The position numbers and the translations under genes were made by a program. From Octopus sinensis (lineage: Eukaryota): a stretch of 12,159 bases of DNA. The notes below the pieces were generated by a model. The model saw only the letters and a program-made list of their open reading frames with translations, did no database searches and was not told the DNA's origin. Within the stretch, counting starts at the first letter, position 1. Each line of letters starts with the position of its first letter. Shown piece by piece: positions 5,956 to 12,159 of the stretch. The stretch is from contig NW_021826694.1 of the NCBI RefSeq assembly GCF_006345805.1, positions 1-12,159 of the forward strand, given 5' to 3'.

Positions 5956-6194
5956 AGGATATATTTGATATTTCAGAGTAAAAACAATATTTCGGTAACT
6001 TTTCGAAAAGTTTGCCACCAACTAAGAGAGGCATCCAAAATGTGACAAGAAATGGTTTCAAAGAACATTTTTTGACACTTCCAAGTTCTATACTTGTAAT
6101 AGCTTTATTAAGATCGTATATATTTTTTTTTTTGTAAAATATATATAATGCAATATTTTATTATTATATTCTTATTTAAAAATACATTTCTAGA

Positions 6195-6223
6195 ATGATG
6201 ATGATGATGATGATGATGATGAT
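6195..6223. repeat. (ATG)n microsatellite
   Basis: Read directly from the sequence. Confidence 0.97.
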
Positions 6224-6257
6224 AAGATTAATAAGAGCAATTCATAATATCTACAAC

Positions 6258-6277
6258 AACACACACACACACCACAC

Positions 6278-6320
<43 letters not shown>

Positions 6321-6350
6321 TATATATATTATATATATATATGTATATAT

Positions 6351-6397
<47 letters not shown>

Positions 6398-6526
6398 TAT
6401 ATATATATGTTATATATATTATAATATACATACCTATATACATACATATATGCATATACCTATACATATATATATATATGTGTGTGTGGTTTGTGTGTGT
6501 GTATGTCTATATAGATGTTATATATA

Positions 6527-6557
<31 letters not shown>
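6258..6557. repeat. (CA)n/(TA)n/(TG)n compound microsatellite
   Basis: Read directly from the sequence. Confidence 0.95.
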
Positions 6558-6618
6558 TATTTACTATAAACATATTTAAGTATAAAAATTAGTTCTAAGA
6601 ATGATAATAATGACAAAC

Positions 6619-6646
6619 GATGATGATGATGATGATGATGATGATG
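6619..6646. repeat. (GAT)n microsatellite
   Basis: Read directly. It is the source of the poly-Met ORF at 6620. Confidence 0.97.
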
Positions 6647-6724
6647 GCGAAAACGACGATTATGATGATGACGTTAAAGGCTGCAAAGTTCAAATTTCAA
6701 CTTGTAAGTGTTGATATATTTTCT

Positions 6725-7002
6725 TCTACATATGTATTGCAATCTGTGTGTATATATATGGGTATACATGCTGTGCGTCTGTGCGTGGATTTGCATTTGT
6801 TTGTGTATGTGTGTTTATGTATATACTTATATACTTATATGTATGATTATACACACACACACACATACACACAGGTATGTATATATACACACACATATAT
6901 ATATACATGCGTATATATAAGCAGTTATATCCATAGGTATTTTCATCTATCTACCTATCTCTCGTTCTCTCTGTCTATCTATCTAAATATATATATATCC
7001 GC

Positions 7003-7035
<33 letters not shown>

Positions 7036-7099
7036 TTCATGTATTTGTATATATAAACAAATACATACGTAAATAACAATACACACACACGAAGACACA
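6725..7099. repeat. Degenerate TA/TG/CA/TCTA low-complexity region
   Basis: Read directly from the sequence. Confidence 0.85.
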
Positions 7100-7532
7100 C
7101 ATATACATACATACAAACATACGTACACACATACATACATACATAGTACATACATACATACATACACACATACATACATACATACATACATACATACATA
7201 CATACATACTTGTACATACATACATACGTACATACATACATACATACATACATACTTGTACATACATACATACGTACATACATACATACATACATACATG
7301 CATACATGCATACATACATACATGCATACATACATACATACATACATACATACATACATACTACATACATGCATACATACATAATAATACATACATACAT
7401 ACTACAAGTACATACATACATACATACATACATGCATACATACATAAATGCATACATACATACATACATACATACATACATACACTGCATACATACATAC
7501 ATACGTACATACATACTGCATACATACATACA

Positions 7533-7562
<30 letters not shown>
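7100..7562. repeat. (TACA)n tetranucleotide array, ~460 bp
   Basis: Read directly. It is the source of the MYVC and IHTY ORFs. Confidence 0.97.
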
Positions 7563-7564
<2 letters not shown>

Positions 7565-7834
7565 CCCCCCATAGGAGTACTTCGATGGGTGTGGGTTTTT
7601 AAAATAAAATAAAGCTGAAACTTATTGTAAATTTTCTAACTTGTATCAAATGTTAACAGTTTATTTTTCAGATATTTATGGAGAAAAATATTTTTTGGGA
7701 ACCGAAATCGAAGAATTTTTACCATTCCGATTTTATTGTCTTTGTTCTGGAGAATAATAATAAAAAAAAAATTTCATAAAGAATTCGGCTGGTAGTTTAT
7801 CCATTTCGTACAAAAATCAAAATTGAATATTAAT

Positions 7835-7955
7835 GTGTGTGAGAGAGTGTGTTTGTGTGTGTACCAGTGTTATTTACCTTAATTACGTTTCTTTTATACA
7901 TACGTATAAATAAATAGATAGATAGATATATAAAGGTAACACTGTTGGTAGACTG

Positions 7956-7994
<39 letters not shown>

Positions 7995-8011
7995 AATATA
8001 TATATGTGTAT

Positions 8012-8046
<35 letters not shown>

Positions 8047-8076
8047 AATATATATATGTATGTAAATATGTATATA

Positions 8077-8110
<34 letters not shown>

Positions 8111-8331
8111 TAGTATATATATATATATATATACTAATATATATATACATATAAATATATATATTAGTATATATATATATATATTAGTATGTATATATAT
8201 ATATATTAATATATATATGTATGTAAATATGTATATATCAATATATATATATGTAAATATGTATATATATATTTCTCTCTCTCTCTCTCTCTCTCTGTAT
8301 ATATATATATTTATATATATAGATAGATAGT

Positions 8332-8376
<45 letters not shown>

Positions 8377-8631
8377 GAATAGAGAGGTATAAAACTACAT
8401 ACTTGTGTGTGATATACACAGTATATGTATTCACTATATATAAATATTATATATACATACATAAGTACGCACGTACTTTTATCTGCATAATATATATGTG
8501 TGTGTGTATGTTCATATATACATATATATATGCACACACGCACATAGGTTTATATTTACACACGAATATATACGCATATATGTGTACGTAAATATTTTCA
8601 GATTTTCATATGATTATGAATATGCGATTGC

Positions 8632-8710
<79 letters not shown>

Positions 8711-8930
8711 CACACAAACACACACTCACACACGCATATATGTATATTGATTTTGTTCATTTGTGTACTTGTATCACAATTTCTGAAGACACACGCAAAT
8801 ACACATGTCTCACTGTGTGTGCGTGTGTCTGTGTATCGGTATATTGTGTCTATGTATCTATGTGCGTGTGTGTATGCATATGTGGTGTATGTGTGTGTGT
8901 GTGCATGTGTGTGTGTATGTAGATACGTGT
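7835..8930. repeat. Compound microsatellite block: (TA)n ~7960-8270, (CT)n 8273-8296, (GATA)n 8319-8376, (CA)n 8634-8733, (TG)n
   Basis: Read directly from the sequence. Confidence 0.93.
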
Positions 8931-9259
8931 AAAAGCAATAAGAACAATTCACATGAGCAGATTTTATTAAAATAAAGGTCAGGTTCGCAACGTAAGCGGC
9001 CCTGCTTGAGTTTTTCGTGCCCAAAGTGCAATTCTGAAATGTCATACTAAAACCGCATCACTTCAATGTCTTTCTTTCGTAGTCTTTCTCTCTCATTAGC
9101 GCATGTCGTCTTGACGCGTATGGTGTTTGGATTTATGTATGGAGGTGTGTGTGTGTGTGTGTATGCAGGTAACTAAGTGTGTATGCGTGTTTCATGTATC
9201 TATGTAGATGTGTATATATTTGCGTACATGTTTGTACGTGTATTTGTATATAAGTAGGT

Positions 9260-9825
9260 ATGCATTTTTCAATGTGTGTCTGTATGCATGTTTGTATGTA
9301 TGTCATATATATATATATGCATTTTTGTATGTGTATGCGTATACATGTTTGTATGTATGTCAGTATATAGATATGCATTTTGCATGTGTATATGTATGCA
9401 TGCTTGTATGTATGTCAGTATGTAGATATGCATTTTGCATGTGTATATGTATGCGTATGAATGTTTGTATGTATGTCAGTATATAGATATGCATGTTTGT
9501 ATGTGTATATGTATGCATGTTTATATGTATGGGAGTATATAGATATGCATTTTGCATGTGTATATGTATGCATGTTTGTATGTATGTCAGTATATAGATA
9601 TGCATTTTGCATGTGTATATGTATGCATGTTTGTATGTATGTCAGTATATAGATATGCATTTTGTATGTGTATGTGTATGCATGTTTGTATGTGAGTATA
9701 TAGATATGCATTTTGTATGCGTATATGTATGCGTATGAATGTTTGTATGTATGTCAGTGTATAGATATGCATTTTGCATGTGTATATGTATGCATATTTG
9801 TATGTATGTCAGTATATATGCATGT
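9260..9825. repeat. Minisatellite, 10 full units of 51-61 bp (mode 55), inside a TATG-rich region ~9145-10185
   Basis: Unit ATGCATTTTGCATGTGTATATGTATGCATGTTTGTATGTATGTCAGTATATAGAT. Unit starts at 9260, 9317, 9373, 9428, 9489, 9545, 9600, 9655, 9706, 9767, 9818. Confidence 0.92.
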
Positions 9826-10186
9826 ATATATTTGTGTGTATCCATGTGTATATGTACGTCTGCTTTTATGTATGCATTTTCGTATTTGTTTACGTGTATG
9901 TTTGTATGTATATCAGTGTGTATGCATGTATGTATGTATGTTATCTATGTGTGTATGCATACGTGTGTATTGTTTATGTTTTACGTACCCGTATATATGG
10001 TTCTATTTTTGTGAATTTGTGTGTGTTGCGTATGTATTACGCATGTATTGTGTGTGTATTACGTTTGTATTAGGTTTGTATTACGTATGTATTCCGTGTA
10101 GACACATTGTATTATTCAGGCATTGCGTATCTATATGTACACATGGTTTCATGTTTGCGTATCTGTGTACCGTGTTTGTGTGTATA

Positions 10187-10670
10187 CCGTAAATCCTCGA
10201 GTATAGTCCGCCCTTGAGTATAATACGCAGGGGATTTTTAGGGGGCTGTACCTCTGAAAAACCTAGACTTTGTGTATAATACGCACCCCTACTCTAACTT
10301 GAGTTAAGGAGGTTTATATAACGTCCTTGGTTTGTAAAAATGTATACAGTAACGTTGTTTATTATTATTGTATATATAACATAATGCAAACGTGTAGATT
10401 TTTTGTGCATTATGTTTGCAGAAAATGAATGTTGCCTACTGCAAGTTATGGATGATTCTTTTATGACTTCATTGCTTTCAGGCTTAGCTTAAGGTATTTT
10501 CACGCCCGACATCACAAAATGCGTCTGAATAAACATTGCCGGACAGCAAATAGAAACTCGGACATTGCTTAGAAAATATTTTCATTTTTAACCTCGTATA
10601 TAGTACGTACTAGGGATTATGACCTTTAAATTTTGGGAAAAAAATGCGGATTATACACGAGGATTTACGG
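10187..10670. mobile_element. MITE of the Tc1/mariner superfamily (pogo/Tigger-like), 484 bp
   Basis: 25-bp TIRs CCGTAAATCCTCG(A/T)GTATA(G/A)TCCGC at 10187-10211 and 10646-10670 with 2 mismatches. TA at 10185-10186 and 10671-10672. No transposase. Confidence 0.93.
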
Positions 10671-10897
10671 TATATAGTCGATAAATCGTGTAATTTTGTG
10701 ATATGTGCATGTGTGCGAGCGTGTGCGTGTTTTTTGTGCGTTTGTGTGTATGCATTTTCGTGCGTGTGCGTGTTTGTGTAAGTATGTGAAGGTGACAAAT
10801 TTTGCGTGCGTTAATATAGAGTACTATGTTGGTCTTCATATTGGTTTTGGTGGTTTAAGTTCACTTTTATTAATATTTTCAAGCGTACATTTTTATA

Positions 10898-11133
10898 CAG
10901 TGATTCCTCGACTATCGTGGGTGTTACGTTCCAAAACCACCCGCGATAAGTGAAAATCCGCGAAATAGAAACAATACGGTACTGTACATCTTAAAAATTA
11001 TTTTTATTATTTGTATATACTTATTTTATTATAACTACAAAACAACACCACAGAGGAATCGACGTAAACTTAAATGATAAACTGCGACAGGTCAACCGCG
11101 ATAGGTTGACCGCGATATGGCGAGGGGTTACTG
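10898..11133. mobile_element. Tigger-like MITE, 236 bp
   Basis: TA|CAGTGATTCCTCGACTATCGTGG ... CCGCGATATGGCGAGGGGTTACTG|TA gives imperfect ~24-bp TIRs. Subterminal CCGCGA(T)A repeats occur at both ends. Confidence 0.85.
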
Positions 11134-11384
11134 TATATCCAATTTTTCTATACACATGTATAGACAATGCATATACATTCGTATACCATAATATATTTCA
11201 CATTATTTTTTATGCACATAACAGGGCGGTGAATTGACAAAAATTCTTCTACCAGTGTCCATCTTGTTTTTTTTGTGTGTTTTTTTTTATCAGTCATGTC
11301 CGTCGAAATTTTCCTTCCTTTTATATGACAGTTGCTTCTTATTTGTGGGATATATTGTTGCTATATCTTTGGTTCGTTCTATGT

Positions 11385-11473
11385 TTTTGACTTTTTCTCT
11401 TTCTCTAAGACCTTCCCTGTGTGTCTCTCTGTCTCTCTCTTTCCTTCCCCTCTCTCTCTCTCTCTCTCTCTCT
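11385..11473. repeat. (CT)n-rich polypyrimidine tract
   Basis: Read directly from the sequence. Confidence 0.92.
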
Positions 11474-11628
11474 CCCACAAAAACCCGGCTCAGGTCAAGT
11501 TGCTTTTTTTTAAAGATAGTTTCCTCTGCGTGGATATAAATTGCATCAGTTTCAGTCATGAGAAAATTTATGTATCTAATTCTGCTCGTTGAAAGCCAGT
11601 TTTTACCTTTTCTGCGCGGGGTGATCAG

Positions 11629-11671
11629 ATACAAAAACGTACCGTAACGGAATAATTACTGCAAGGTAAGT
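11629..11671 (+). other. Candidate exon end with a perfect 5' splice site
   Basis: AAG|GTAAGT at 11663-11671. A possible acceptor ATCAG ends at 11628 with an imperfect pyrimidine tract. No recognisable protein. Confidence 0.22.
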
Positions 11672-11833
11672 TTTGAGTTTAACATTAAACTGCATTCGGT
11701 GACGACACTCCAGTTCGAGAGTTCGAGAGTTGTGTGAAGCATAGAGTCACCTTTTAATTACCATTACTCCCAGGTCCCTTTTAACTCAATACGGGAAGAT
11801 ATGTTAAGGTCCTATCTATGCGTTAAACATATT

Positions 11834-11914
11834 TTTACAAGGGTAAATTCAGTTCCTTAGCTGCCGTGTAAGCAATCAATCTAGGAGAAGGAAAACTCCA
11901 AAATTAATACCCTC
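11834..11914 (+). mobile_element. Possible decayed RTE-clade LINE 5' UTR fragment
   Basis: gcaatcaatCTAGGAGAAGGAAAACTC (motif at 11881-11898) resembles a motif I recall from RTE-type element 5' regions. No ORF follows. Confidence 0.25.
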
Positions 11915-12159
11915 TTCCAACATGCCCTAAGTCAGCGCTGAAGGGTATGGATGTTGAAACTAACGTGAGGTATATCCAATCACATAAATATATGCCAAGG
12001 AGGCAACTAATAGTTCCGTTCTGACCCGGAACTGTAGTACCTAGCAGGGTCTCGTCTATGGGTGAAATTAATTTAGCAGCGGTGATGGCAATACATCTAT
12101 GACAAGGAAAATACCAAACTTAGTACACGCTCTAAGCTAGTACAAAATGATATACTCTC

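Noticed and set aside
5977-6012. Possible 18-nt microexon (5977-5994) and 16-bp palindrome AACTTTTCGAAAAGTT (5997-6012)
   Set aside because: The donor GTAACT is weak and the palindrome is low complexity. Both are expected by chance in AT-rich DNA.
6188-6606. Near-direct repeat TTCTA(A)GAATGAT flanking the TA/CA block
   Set aside because: Imperfect, AT-rich and overlapping (ATG)n repeats, so it cannot be called a TSD.
8783-8789. CTGAAGA hammerhead core word
   Set aside because: No stem II, GAAA or helix I follows.
9260-9825. Regularly spaced repeats as a CRISPR array
   Set aside because: The units are contiguous with no unique spacers, the context is eukaryotic and there are no cas genes.
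5779-10953. Dozens of ORFs rich in YI, MYVC, HT and CV repeats
   Set aside because: They are translations of (TA)n, (TACA)n, (CA)n and the 55-bp minisatellite, open only because those repeats lack stop codons in some frames.
11558-11647. 29-codon ORF MRKFMYLILLVESQFLPFLRGVIRYKNVP resembling a signal peptide
   Set aside because: It stops before the splice donor, is very short and has no supporting homology.

Overview
Eukaryotic, non-coding, repeat-saturated window (intronic or intergenic). The SINE families and very high microsatellite density look like an Octopus / coleoid cephalopod genome; this is family recognition from memory, not a database search. No host protein-coding exon is supported. 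The long ORFs in the track are microsatellite translations or run through SINEs. The only real protein-derived sequence is a decayed Tc1 transposase C-terminus (2492-2788, minus strand) that the track misses. Positions 1-5.5 kb are a nest of tRNA-derived SINEs, a Tc1 end, a tandem array of TTAA-bounded units and two non-coding fold-back elements. Positions 5.9-10.2 kb are mostly microsatellites plus a ~55-bp minisatellite, and 10.2-11.1 kb hold two TA-flanked Tc1/mariner-superfamily MITEs. The most interesting signal is that both fold-back elements (1931-2275 and 4747-4985) carry a minimal type I hammerhead-ribozyme fold next to their central spacer. One looks structurally complete with a swapped G3-C8 core pair and the other is decayed. 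Both share the layout of Penelope-like element (PLE) termini. Ribozyme activity is a prediction only.
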